From positions 579,722 through 643,721 of the forward strand of contig JBGAHS010000006.1 of assembly GCA_044226015.1 (NCBI GenBank): DNA of 64,000 nucleotides, read 5' to 3'. Shown in pieces: positions 1 to 8,412 of the stretch. The notes beneath the pieces were generated by a model. That model was given only the letters and a program-made list of their open reading frames with translations, made no database searches and was not told the DNA's origin. Position 1 is the stretch's first letter. Every line of letters begins with the position of its first letter. Both the position numbers and the translations under genes were made by a program. This DNA is from Candidatus Obscuribacteraceae bacterium. GTDB taxonomy: Bacteria; Cyanobacteriota; Vampirovibrionia; Obscuribacterales; Obscuribacteraceae.

Positions 1-954
1 TGGAGCATTTGGATATATCACCAGGGCAGCAGATGTGATTACCACGCCCATAGCTGAAAAAATCAGCATGGCGAGCGGCAAAGCTACAGCCTGTCCGATT
101 GTTTGCTCTTTCTGGCTTCGTCCAAATCGAGTGAAGTCTGGCATATTCAGTGACAGTGTTGCCCAAAATCCGATCATTGCGGTAAGAGATGGAAAGAATA
201 TTGGCAAAAACGTTGATATGGTATGGAATTTGCCTTTTGCTGAAATCAAATCGCCGACACCATGGGCTTTATTAACGGCCCAAAGCACCAGCGCGGCGGT
301 CATTATCATAACGAAAGGCGCCGCTATGCCCTGAACTTTTTTCAGGGAATCCATTCCTTTGTATATGATCAGAATATTCAGACCCCAGAAAACGAAAAAG
401 CAAATCCACTCAGTTGGATAATGTTCAAACACTTTGGACCCCAACATGACGTCCATGTGAGGGTAGATTGCCCGGCAGAATTCATAAAGCGCAGAGCCGC
501 CTATCCAGGACTGAATACCAAACCAACCACACGCCACCACGGCGCGCATCAATGCCGGCAAATTTGAGCCAACAGTTCCATAACTTGCCCGGGCAAAGAC
601 TGGGAAGGGGATACCGTATTTGGTGCCCGGGTGCGAGTTGAGAAGTATGGGAATCAAGACAATAGTATTGCCCAGGAAAATCGTAAGAAGCGCCTGCCAC
701 CAGTTCATTCCTGAGGCAATGAGACCAGAAGAAAGCATATAAGTGGGTATGCAAGCACTCATTGCTGCCCACAAAGCGACAAAATTGTAAGTCGTCCAGC
801 TGCGTCGACTCAGGTCGAGAGGCGCGAGGTCCTCATTGAAGAGAGCGCTTTCCTCAAGCACAGTAAGGTTTCCCTGTAGCTCGACTCTTCCATCGGCGGC
901 TTCGATAGAACAGGGCATATCTTTTGCATCAAAGTTTCCTGCTTCTGCTTCCAT
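1..954 (-). CDS. NCS1 family nucleobase:cation symporter (3'-partial, runs off window start)
   Basis: Not in the ORF track because it has no stop in the window. Manual translation from ATG at 954 (preceded by GGAGGG) gives MEAEAG...FNEDLAP...RRSWTTYNFVALW...CIPTYML...GMNWWQAL...HPGTKYGIPFPVFARASYG...VACGWFGIQSWIGG, typical NCS1 motifs. Confidence 0.92.
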   Translation of the reverse strand, partial: MEAEAGNFDAKDMPCSIEAADGRVELQGNLTVLEESALFNEDLAPLDLSRRSWTTYNFVALWAAMSACIPTYMLSSGLIASGMNWWQALLTIFLGNTIVLIPILLNSHPGTKYGIPFPVFARASYGTVGSNLPALMRAVVACGWFGIQSWIGGSALYEFCRAIYPHMDVMLGSKVFEHYPTEWICFFVFWGLNILIIYKGMDSLKKVQGIAAPFVMIMTAALVLWAVNKAHGVGDLISAKGKFHTISTFLPIFFPSLTAMIGFWATLSLNMPDFTRFGRSQKEQTIGQAVALPLAMLIFSAMGVVITSAALVIYPNAP

Positions 955-1222
955 CGTCCCTCCGACGGTCGAAATGAGTCAGCCCCATATTGTCTCTCAA
1001 ATTGTGAGCTCGTCAGTCACCTTAGAGCCAGCTTAACTGTAGCAGCGGATTTAGAATATATAATGAAGTTCTCAAGTATTCTTTTTTACATTGTCTTCCT
1101 AAGCCGTAGTTGCTGAATTAAGATATCGGCCGTAGCGGTTGGAGCGACATGAGTTTATGCCAGGTACTGGACTTGGGATCGTATGGGTCGACTTTATGTG
1201 CAAACCCTTTTTGAAAGGTTTG

Positions 1223-1321
1223 ATGAAGCAGCCAGAAATCTTCGTTCTGCTCATTTGTTTGATTTACGGATATATCGCTTATAAGCTCGTCAAATCAGCT
1301 TATTTGTCAGAACATCGCTAA
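1223..1321 (+). CDS. possible small single-TM membrane protein (32 aa)
   Basis: MKQPEIFVLLICLIYGYIAYKLVKSAYLSEHR; AAAGG upstream of the ATG; fills an intergenic gap and ends overlapping the rhodanese stop. Confidence 0.35.
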   Translation: MKQPEIFVLLICLIYGYIAYKLVKSAYLSEHR

Positions 1322-1695
1322 ACGTCATCCTTAGTTTCGGGATAAGCTTTCTCGCGCCAGAGGCGCATGCCGCCTGCCATAGAAAGCACGTTTGTGTATC
1401 CCATTTTTTGAATATTGTCAGCGGCAAGAGCTGAGCGAAAGCCGCCACCACAGTAAAGAACAACAAGTGAATCCTTATTCGGGATTTCCTTTTCGATGTC
1501 TCTTTCCATCACCCCACGCCCGATGTGTGAGGCACCTACGGCGTGCCCTTCATTCCACTCTCTGTCTTCTCGAACATCGACAAAATAAAATGAGTCTTTG
1601 CGCTTCAACATTTCAAGAACATCTTCTGGGCTGACTTCTTTCACTCTGGTCTTTGCTTCATCGACCAGTTTGACAAACGCCTCGGAGTGTTTCAT
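1318..1695 (-). CDS. rhodanese-like domain protein (sulfurtransferase)
   Basis: DVREDREW..GH and active-site loop YCGGGFRS; AAGGAAGAG upstream of the ATG. Confidence 0.93.
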   Translation of the reverse strand: MKHSEAFVKLVDEAKTRVKEVSPEDVLEMLKRKDSFYFVDVREDREWNEGHAVGASHIGRGVMERDIEKEIPNKDSLVVLYCGGGFRSALAADNIQKMGYTNVLSMAGGMRLWREKAYPETKDDV

Positions 1696-1859
1696 TTCTC
1701 TTCCTTCCTTGTTCTAGATGATGCTGAAGACCAGAGTGCACAGCACGGAGAGCTTATTATCCGCGAATTCAGTCAAATCTTGCTTAATCCTTCAAGAAAT
1801 AAGTCTTGCATCAGCGATCGGATAAGATGGCATTCGCGTGAATAATTAGGAGCGAGCCA

Positions 1860-2702
1860 ATGCTGTTAAATCGTGAGACCAGAATGGTTGATTTTCTCGG
1901 AAGCAAGATACCAGAACCTCGTGTTCTCTGGGACTTTCTCGGTTTTGAGAAGCACGTAGTGCAAATCAGAGACAAACGTGGCGCCCAAATCTGGCCAGCC
2001 TGGTATGACCATGCGGCATATTACATTTGCGACCTCGCCCCTGAAAAAGTTTTTGCTCATGGCGAAGAAGTTTTGATTCCAGAATGCGTCAAAGCACCTG
2101 ACTACGAATTTGAACTTGGCTGTTTCGTCACAAAAACAGCATTACTGAAAGACGAAAAAGAAGCACTTCAGTTTTTCAAAGACCACTGCTATATCACTAT
2201 TTTGAACGACTGGTCAGCTCGCGATATTCAGAAGAAAGATATCGAAGGACTGGGACCATGCAACAGTAAGTCCATAGTAGGCAAGACATTCGGACCTAAG
2301 CTCGTGAAAGCTGGCGACTTACCGATGGACGAAAATGGTGTTTTGAGCCTGGAGATGATTCTCACGATTAACGGAGAAGAGAGAAACAGAACTAATTACA
2401 ACACTCTCTACCACACCCACCCGACGACTGGTAAGAAACAAGCCTGGTCATTTCCACGCATCATGAGCTGGCTTGGATCTCAAAATATCACGCTGCACGA
2501 AGGATATGTGATCGGCTCTGGCACCGTAGGTAGTGGCTGCATCGCAGAATTCAGTGCGAAGCTTGACCCCAAGAATGGTGACACTATCGACCCGGCTAAA
2601 TACGGTTGGCTGCAAGATGGCGATCTCGTTCGCATGGAAGTCGAAAAAATCGGCGTCATTGAAAACAAAGTCAGAGTGCCACATCTGGTAAAAAGCAGAT
2701 AA
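1860..2702 (+). CDS. fumarylacetoacetate hydrolase family protein
   Basis: DYEFELG, NDWSARDIQ, IGSGTVGSGC and WLQDGDLVRMEVEKIG motifs; AGGAG RBS. Confidence 0.9.
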   Translation: MLLNRETRMVDFLGSKIPEPRVLWDFLGFEKHVVQIRDKRGAQIWPAWYDHAAYYICDLAPEKVFAHGEEVLIPECVKAPDYEFELGCFVTKTALLKDEKEALQFFKDHCYITILNDWSARDIQKKDIEGLGPCNSKSIVGKTFGPKLVKAGDLPMDENGVLSLEMILTINGEERNRTNYNTLYHTHPTTGKKQAWSFPRIMSWLGSQNITLHEGYVIGSGTVGSGCIAEFSAKLDPKNGDTIDPAKYGWLQDGDLVRMEVEKIGVIENKVRVPHLVKSR

Positions 2703-2738
2703 GCAAGCCTGACATTCCAATAAGGCTCTAAAGCTGAG

Positions 2739-2769
2739 AAAAAAGGCTCTCAACCCTGAGAGCCTTTTT
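2739..2769. terminator. bidirectional intrinsic terminator
   Basis: AAAAAAGGCTCTCA-ACCC-TGAGAGCCTTTTT inverted repeat between the convergent FAH gene and tRNA. Confidence 0.8.
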
Positions 2770-2794
2770 CTTTGCTTTTAGATATTCAAGAGAT

Positions 2795-2878
2795 TGCCCT
2801 CGGAGGGATTCGAACCCTCAATCCCATACGGGCACCGCATTTTAAGTGCGGTTCGTATACCAGTTCCGACACAAGGGC
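2795..2878 (-). tRNA. tRNA-Leu (anticodon TAA), intronless, CCA not encoded
   Basis: Reverse complement GCCCTTG-TGTCGGAACTGGTATACGA-A-CCGCA-CTTAAAA-TGCGG-long variable arm-GAGGGTTCGAATCCCTC-CGAGGGC-A; cloverleaf with GGTTCGAATCC T-loop. Confidence 0.95.
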
Positions 2879-2972
2879 AGGTTGAAATATTCTAGCAGGC
2901 AATTATTCAAAGATTACGCTGGCTAACTATATGTATATGGACAGGCACGCTTGGCAAGCACTTCGCCTCAGC

Positions 2973-3842
2973 TTACCTATTGCCAAGCTCGCTAAGAAAT
3001 TCCTTCATGGCGCCGACGAAACGCTCCTGAGCAATAATCGGAATATCACTGTGTTCAGCTTCTGGAAAGTCAACAAAGCGCTTCTTTCCCGCAGCTGCAG
3101 AGTAGAGATCTTTTCCGTGCGAAAATGGCACCACTGAATCTTTATGTCCATGAACTATAAGTAGCGGTGGATGCAAACCCTGACGTAAAACTCCAACATT
3201 GTCTAAAAGTGGCTGGGGATAAAGCGCCGCAGGATAGACATGCATCAGCGGAATATGGTGCTTACTGATTTTGGTTATCGAAGCAAAGCCTGATTGCAAA
3301 ATAAGACCACTGGTTTCTCGACGAAGAGTTAGCTGACAACTTATTGCAGCACCAAGCGATTCCCCATAGAGCACAATAGTTTCGGGCTTGCATGCCCTCT
3401 CTTTTTGCAAGAAATCATATGCGCTGCAGGCATCACTAATGACACCATCGACAGATGGACTGCCCTTGCTTCTGCCAAAACCACGATAGTCGTACACAAA
3501 TAAAGAACAACCAGTTTTGAGAATTGACTCAAGCAGAGCCGGTCGCCCAGCGATGTTGCCTGTGTTTCCGTGGCTCATCAAAATGGTGTAGGGTGCGTTT
3601 TCTTGCTTGAAATACCATCCATGCAGCTGGGTTCCATCTGCTGCTTCGAAGAATATATCTTCGTAAGTGATGTTCGATATGTGCCCACTCTCGTAATCAC
3701 CTTCAGGATATCTGTAAGGATGAAAGAGCATGCTCGTGTAAATAGGCTTTGCAACCCTGGGCGAAAGCCCAAAATAAAGGGCAGCTAGAAGAGAAGCTGG
3801 TCCCAGAGACTTCGGCAGTACTCGCAAAAAATCGGTTTTCAT
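2973..3842 (-). CDS. alpha/beta hydrolase (ABHD13/BEM46-like)
   Basis: SHGNTGNI, YDYRGFGRS, nucleophile GESLG, HGHKDSVVP, AEHSD. Likely start at ATG 3842, overlapping the GNAT stop (ATGA). Confidence 0.9.
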   Translation of the reverse strand: MKTDFLRVLPKSLGPASLLAALYFGLSPRVAKPIYTSMLFHPYRYPEGDYESGHISNITYEDIFFEAADGTQLHGWYFKQENAPYTILMSHGNTGNIAGRPALLESILKTGCSLFVYDYRGFGRSKGSPSVDGVISDACSAYDFLQKERACKPETIVLYGESLGAAISCQLTLRRETSGLILQSGFASITKISKHHIPLMHVYPAALYPQPLLDNVGVLRQGLHPPLLIVHGHKDSVVPFSHGKDLYSAAAGKKRFVDFPEAEHSDIPIIAQERFVGAMKEFLSELGNR

Positions 3843-4339
3843 AATACCTTTTGCAGAATTATCAGATCTAACCAGCGATCGAACTTGAATGCAAGTTCCT
3901 TGAGTAAACCACACTGATTGAACCCACAGCTTTTAGCCAGAGCAATGCTAGCATCGTTTTCAGAGCACACTAAAGCAACAATAGCATGATATCCCCGTTC
4001 TTGAGCAGCTGTCATGAGACTCTTCATCAACTGTTTCCCAAGACCCCTGCCAGAATAGCCTTCGCGCAGGTAAATTGTAGGCTCTACAGTCTGCCTAAAC
4101 GAACAGCCACCCTGAAAAAAGCTCAATGCTGCATAGCCAAGTACAAGCCCATCTGACGCCTGAAGAATGAGCACTGGCAAGTCACTGTCGAAATGCTTTT
4201 GCAGCCACGCGCTTTTGTCTGCAACTGTGTGGCAGAGCAAATCAAAACTTGCAGTTGATTGTTGAATGTAGTGATTATGAATCACACTGATGCTCTCAGC
4301 ATCCGCCAGAAAAGCCTTTCGCACACTGAATTCTGTCAA
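3839..4339 (-). CDS. GNAT N-acetyltransferase, phosphinothricin acetyltransferase (Pat/YncA)-like
   Basis: IHNHYI..STASF, TIYL...SGRGLGKQL, NDASIAL...GF...G...FKFDRWLD. Confidence 0.88.
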   Translation of the reverse strand: MTEFSVRKAFLADAESISVIHNHYIQQSTASFDLLCHTVADKSAWLQKHFDSDLPVLILQASDGLVLGYAALSFFQGGCSFRQTVEPTIYLREGYSGRGLGKQLMKSLMTAAQERGYHAIVALVCSENDASIALAKSCGFNQCGLLKELAFKFDRWLDLIILQKVL

Positions 4340-4399
4340 TGACTTGAACCGAGTAGGGAATCGATCTGTTAGACTAGCAAAGTTTTTGAGAGTCTAAAC

Positions 4400-4723
4400 A
4401 TGGAAAGTATTGCTCAAGCCTCACTGATTGTTTATGCCGTGCTGATGTCAGCAGGTGGTCTGGCGGGGTTCATCAAAGGCAAAAGCAAGGCGTCGTTAAT
4501 TGCAGGCGTTGCAAGCTCGATAATGCTTCTTGCCGCATACTTCTTGACCACTACCGATGTTAAGACCGGTCTACTAAGTGGAGTAGGCGTAACGACACTT
4601 CTAACCTTTGTTTTTGCAATGAGACTGGTCAAAACTAAGAAATTTATGCCCTCAGGTATGCTTCTGATTTTGAATTCTATCGAAGAGATAATCTTGCTGC
4701 TTGGAGCCTTCCTCAAGCCCTGA
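4400..4723 (+). CDS. TMEM14 family membrane protein
   Basis: GGLAGFIKGKSKASLIAG and R..KTKKFMPSG motifs; hydrophobic helices. Confidence 0.88.
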   Translation: MESIAQASLIVYAVLMSAGGLAGFIKGKSKASLIAGVASSIMLLAAYFLTTTDVKTGLLSGVGVTTLLTFVFAMRLVKTKKFMPSGMLLILNSIEEIILLLGAFLKP

Positions 4724-4914
4724 ATCTTTTGAACAGAAGCGGATTGTAAAAATCGACTTGAAAACAAGAAGCATCCTGCGGACCTATAAATGCCGTAAGG
4801 AAAGCAATAGCTAATTCTATCTTCGCTATAATTATGCTGGCCATGAAATGGTCGGCCAGTGCCGATCTTGACGTATAAAGTGTCAAATCATTCAAGTTAA
4901 ATGGAATTCAAATA

Positions 4915-5730
4915 ATGACCGAAGTAAAAACGGGTCCAGCTTCAAAAAAACCTCTGTTTTCAACCGAGAGAACAGATGATTGGAAAAAGGCTCCATTGGC
5001 GATTGGAATAGGCTTCGCCCTGTTCATACTCTACGCAAATCTCCGCATTTTCGCTCCAGGAGAGAAAAACCTTGCAGAAATTGGCAATCTCCTGTCACCT
5101 TTCTACTCACCAAAACTGGGTTGGCCCTGGTTTCTAAATTGGGTGCCAGACTTCATCAAGTCACCAGCAGTTCTAATCTTATGGATACCAGCTGGATTCA
5201 GAGCGACATGTTATTACTACCGAAAAGCTTACTATCGTTCGTACTTTACGACACCTCCAGCATGTGCGGTGTCAGGATATAAGGGTTTCAAGTACATGGG
5301 TGAAACAGCATTCCCCTTTGTGCTTCAAAACCTGCACAGGTATATGTTCTACTTCGCGACTATAGTACTGGGAGTCTTGTGGTGGGACGCTTTGCAGACA
5401 TTGTTTGCAGCTGATCACTTCTTCAATTTCAATCACGCACAAGTCTCAGTCGGCACAATCATCTTCTTCATTAACGTCGTTTTCCTCTCTAACTACTCAT
5501 TCGGCTGTCACGCATTCAGACATTTGATTGGTGGCAGGCTTGATTGTTTCAGCTGTGGAGAACAAGAGAAGACTTGTTTGAGCTTCTGGTCTCGCGTGAC
5601 GCATCTCAATGAACACCATCAGTTCTGGGCGTGGATGAGCCTTTTCTCCGTTGCAGCGACAGACTTTTATGTGCGCTGTGTATGCGATGGATGGTTCGCA
5701 GATCCCATTCTCTTTTCAGTAGCTAAATAG
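4915..5730 (+). CDS. sdhC: succinate dehydrogenase membrane anchor, Sdh1C (Rv0249c)-like
   Basis: LSPFYSP, GFRATCYYYRKAYYR, YMGETAFPFVLQNLHRY, FGCHAFRHLIGG, HQFWAWMSL; first gene before sdhA/sdhB. Confidence 0.85.
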   Translation: MTEVKTGPASKKPLFSTERTDDWKKAPLAIGIGFALFILYANLRIFAPGEKNLAEIGNLLSPFYSPKLGWPWFLNWVPDFIKSPAVLILWIPAGFRATCYYYRKAYYRSYFTTPPACAVSGYKGFKYMGETAFPFVLQNLHRYMFYFATIVLGVLWWDALQTLFAADHFFNFNHAQVSVGTIIFFINVVFLSNYSFGCHAFRHLIGGRLDCFSCGEQEKTCLSFWSRVTHLNEHHQFWAWMSLFSVAATDFYVRCVCDGWFADPILFSVAK

Positions 5731-5747
5731 GAAACAGGACAGAAACA

Positions 5748-7577
5748 ATGTCGAATTATGAAACAAGAGAACACGATGTGCTCGTGATCGGAGCCGGAGG
5801 CGCAGGTCTTCGAGCAGCTATCGAAGCTGCAAGCAAAGGTTTGAAAGTAGGTCTTGTTTGCAAATCACTGCTAGGGAAAGCTCACACCGTTATGGCGGAA
5901 GGTGGGGTCGCAGCAGCGATGGGAACAGTCGACTCACGTGACGGCTGGCAAACCCACTTCAGAGACACCATGATTGGTGGCAAGTATTTGAACAACTTCC
6001 GCATGGCGCAAATTCATGCTATGGAAGCCCCTGAATGCGTTAATGAGTTAGAACGCTGGGGTGCAGTCTTCGACCGCACTCACGATGGAAAAATCTTGCA
6101 ACGTGCGTTCGGCGGTCACACTTACAAGAGACTCTGCCACGTTGGAGACAGAACTGGACTGGAAATGATCAGAACACTTCAGGACAAGGGTGTCCACTCT
6201 GGCATTGATGTCTACATGGAGTGCACCATTTCCAGACTCTTCAAAGATGGCGACAAAATATCCGGAGCGTTCGGTTATTTCAGAGAAGACGGTCGCTACA
6301 TTCTTTTCAAAGCCAAAGCGATTGTTCTTGCAACTGGTGGCATCGGAAAATCCTTCAAAGTTACTTCCAATTCCTGGGAGTACACTGCAGATGGAACCGC
6401 GCTGGCTTATGATGCAGGCGCAGACCTCATCGACATGGAGTTCGTCCAGTTCCACCCAACCGGCATGGTATGGCCACTGGGCGTCGCTGGAATTCTCGTG
6501 ACCGAGGCTGTGCGTGGTGAAGGCGGACGACTGACCAACAAAGACGGCGAACGTTTCATGTGGAAATATCTGCCAGATGCGCTCAGAGGCGATTATGCAG
6601 GAGACATCAAAGAAGCAGATGCATGGGTTCAAGACACACTGAACGGCAAGCTGAAAACAGACTTCCGCCGTCCACCAGAACTGAGCACACGCGACAACGT
6701 AGCTCGCGCCATCTACACTGAAGTGAAAGAAGGAAGGGGCTCTGAGCACGGTGGAGTCTACCTGGATATCAGCTATCAACCAGCAGACCGTGTCAAGAAA
6801 AAACTCCCCAGCATGTATCACCAATTCAAAGACCTTGCTGACGTCGATATCACTAAAGGACCAATGGAAGTTGGACCAACCATGCACTACACCATGGGTG
6901 GTATCAGAGTCGATGCCGACACTGCCGAAAGCCGTGTTCCAGGGCTCTTTGCTGCAGGAGAATGCAGCGGAGGTATGCACGGAGCAAACAGACTCGGCGG
7001 CAACTCCTTATCTGACCTTATTGTCTTCGGCAGAAGAGCCGGAAGAGGTGCTGCAAACTACGCATCGAATATGGGCGAGTTTCCCAAGATTTCCGATGCT
7101 GCAATTCAAGACGCCATCAACGAGATGGAAGAGCCACTGAAGCGCGGAAGCAGCGGCAAAAATCCTTATCACTTGCAAGTTAAGATGCATGAGATTACTG
7201 GCAGCTGTTTCGGAATCTTCCGCACCGAGTCAGACCTCAAACGCGGGCTAGATTTGATGGCAGAACTAAATGAAGAAATCAAATCAGTAGGCTGCGGTGG
7301 CGGTAAAGTCTACAACCCAGGCTGGCACCTTTGCAGAGACATCAGAAATCTGGCTGTAGCTGCTGAAGCTGTTGGTCGTAGCGCTCTATCAAGAAAAGAA
7401 AGCCGCGGTGCGCATAGCCGACTCGACTTCCCTGATACTGATGAAGATCAGGGACATGAGAACACAGCTGTGTGGAGCGATAACGGCAAGATGCAACTGG
7501 CTAAGACTCCGTTACCGGAAATGCCACCAGAGCTAAAAGATCTTTTGAAGCGAAAGGAGGCTAAAGCCAATGCCTAA
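5748..7577 (+). CDS. sdhA: succinate dehydrogenase/fumarate reductase flavoprotein subunit
   Basis: GAGGAG, AHTVMAEGG (FAD-binding His), QFHPTG, TEAVRGEGG, HYTMGG, HGANRLGGNSL, ESRGAH. Confidence 0.96.
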   Translation: MSNYETREHDVLVIGAGGAGLRAAIEAASKGLKVGLVCKSLLGKAHTVMAEGGVAAAMGTVDSRDGWQTHFRDTMIGGKYLNNFRMAQIHAMEAPECVNELERWGAVFDRTHDGKILQRAFGGHTYKRLCHVGDRTGLEMIRTLQDKGVHSGIDVYMECTISRLFKDGDKISGAFGYFREDGRYILFKAKAIVLATGGIGKSFKVTSNSWEYTADGTALAYDAGADLIDMEFVQFHPTGMVWPLGVAGILVTEAVRGEGGRLTNKDGERFMWKYLPDALRGDYAGDIKEADAWVQDTLNGKLKTDFRRPPELSTRDNVARAIYTEVKEGRGSEHGGVYLDISYQPADRVKKKLPSMYHQFKDLADVDITKGPMEVGPTMHYTMGGIRVDADTAESRVPGLFAAGECSGGMHGANRLGGNSLSDLIVFGRRAGRGAANYASNMGEFPKISDAAIQDAINEMEEPLKRGSSGKNPYHLQVKMHEITGSCFGIFRTESDLKRGLDLMAELNEEIKSVGCGGGKVYNPGWHLCRDIRNLAVAAEAVGRSALSRKESRGAHSRLDFPDTDEDQGHENTAVWSDNGKMQLAKTPLPEMPPELKDLLKRKEAKANA

Positions 7578-8322
7578 AGAATACACTGCAAAAATGAAGG
7601 TATTTCGTGGCGACCAGAACGGTGGCAGCTACAAGGATTACACCGTTCCAGTTGGCGAGGGAATGGTCGTTCTTGACGCTATTCACTACATTCAGAGAGA
7701 AGTAGACCCTGATCTGGCTGTCAGATGGAACTGCAAAGCCGCTAAGTGTGGCTCTTGCAGCGCAGAAGTCAACGGGCGCCCATCGCTTCTCTGTAAAACC
7801 AGAATGGAAGGGTTCAGCCCCGACCAGGAAATAGTGGTGCAACCTGTTCAATCATTCCCAATCATCAAAGACCTCGTCACCGATGTTTCCTGGAACTATG
7901 AACAGAACAAGCGCATCAAGCCCTTCACACCACGTGAAGATGCTGATTGGATCATGTACCAGGAAGACATCGAGCGTGTCCAGGAATTCCGCAAATGTAT
8001 CGAGTGCTTCCTCTGCCAGAACGTGTGTCACGTCATCAGAGACCATAATCGAAAAGATGCGTTTTCAGGTCCGCGCTTTATGATTCGTGTGGCGAGCTTG
8101 GAAATGCACCCATTAGATGGTGAAGATCGCCTGAAATGGCTGCATGACGACGGCGGCATCGGATATTGCAACATCACAAAATGCTGCACCGAAGTTTGCC
8201 CTGAAGACATTCACATCACGGACAACGGCATTATTCCAATGAAGGAACGAGTTGTAGATGAATACTACGACCCAGTAGCTAAATTCTTGAAACGCGTATT
8301 TACGCCTGGCAAGAAGAAATAG
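7570..8322 (+). CDS. sdhB: succinate dehydrogenase iron-sulfur subunit
   Basis: CKAAKCGSC..C, CIECFLCQNVC and CNITKCCTEVCP Fe-S motifs; overlaps the sdhA end. Confidence 0.96.
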   Translation: MPKEYTAKMKVFRGDQNGGSYKDYTVPVGEGMVVLDAIHYIQREVDPDLAVRWNCKAAKCGSCSAEVNGRPSLLCKTRMEGFSPDQEIVVQPVQSFPIIKDLVTDVSWNYEQNKRIKPFTPREDADWIMYQEDIERVQEFRKCIECFLCQNVCHVIRDHNRKDAFSGPRFMIRVASLEMHPLDGEDRLKWLHDDGGIGYCNITKCCTEVCPEDIHITDNGIIPMKERVVDEYYDPVAKFLKRVFTPGKKK

Positions 8323-8354
8323 TCCGGGAAATTTCCTTCATATATAGAATTCAC

Positions 8355-8393
8355 AATATAGTGGCCGTGATTTACGGCTACTATATTTGTTTT
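8355..8393 (+). terminator. intrinsic terminator of the sdh operon
   Basis: AATATAGTGGCCGT-GATTT-ACGGCTACTATATT hairpin followed by T-rich sequence. Confidence 0.65.
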
Positions 8394-8412
8394 GTCGACG
8401 CCAGGTAAAATC

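Noticed and set aside
35..1036. Short ORF-track entries at the window start
   Set aside because: They are shadows of the partial NCS1 permease on the minus strand.
2795..2878. tRNA as an integration site for a genomic island
   Set aside because: No integrase nearby and no duplicated tRNA 3' end seen; flanking genes are ordinary metabolic genes.
6048..6980. 310-aa antisense ORF inside sdhA, and similar shadow ORFs such as 61907-62383 and the poly-Gly ORF 27920-28207
   Set aside because: They fully overlap well-supported genes on the opposite strand and have no motifs; they are explained by codon bias.
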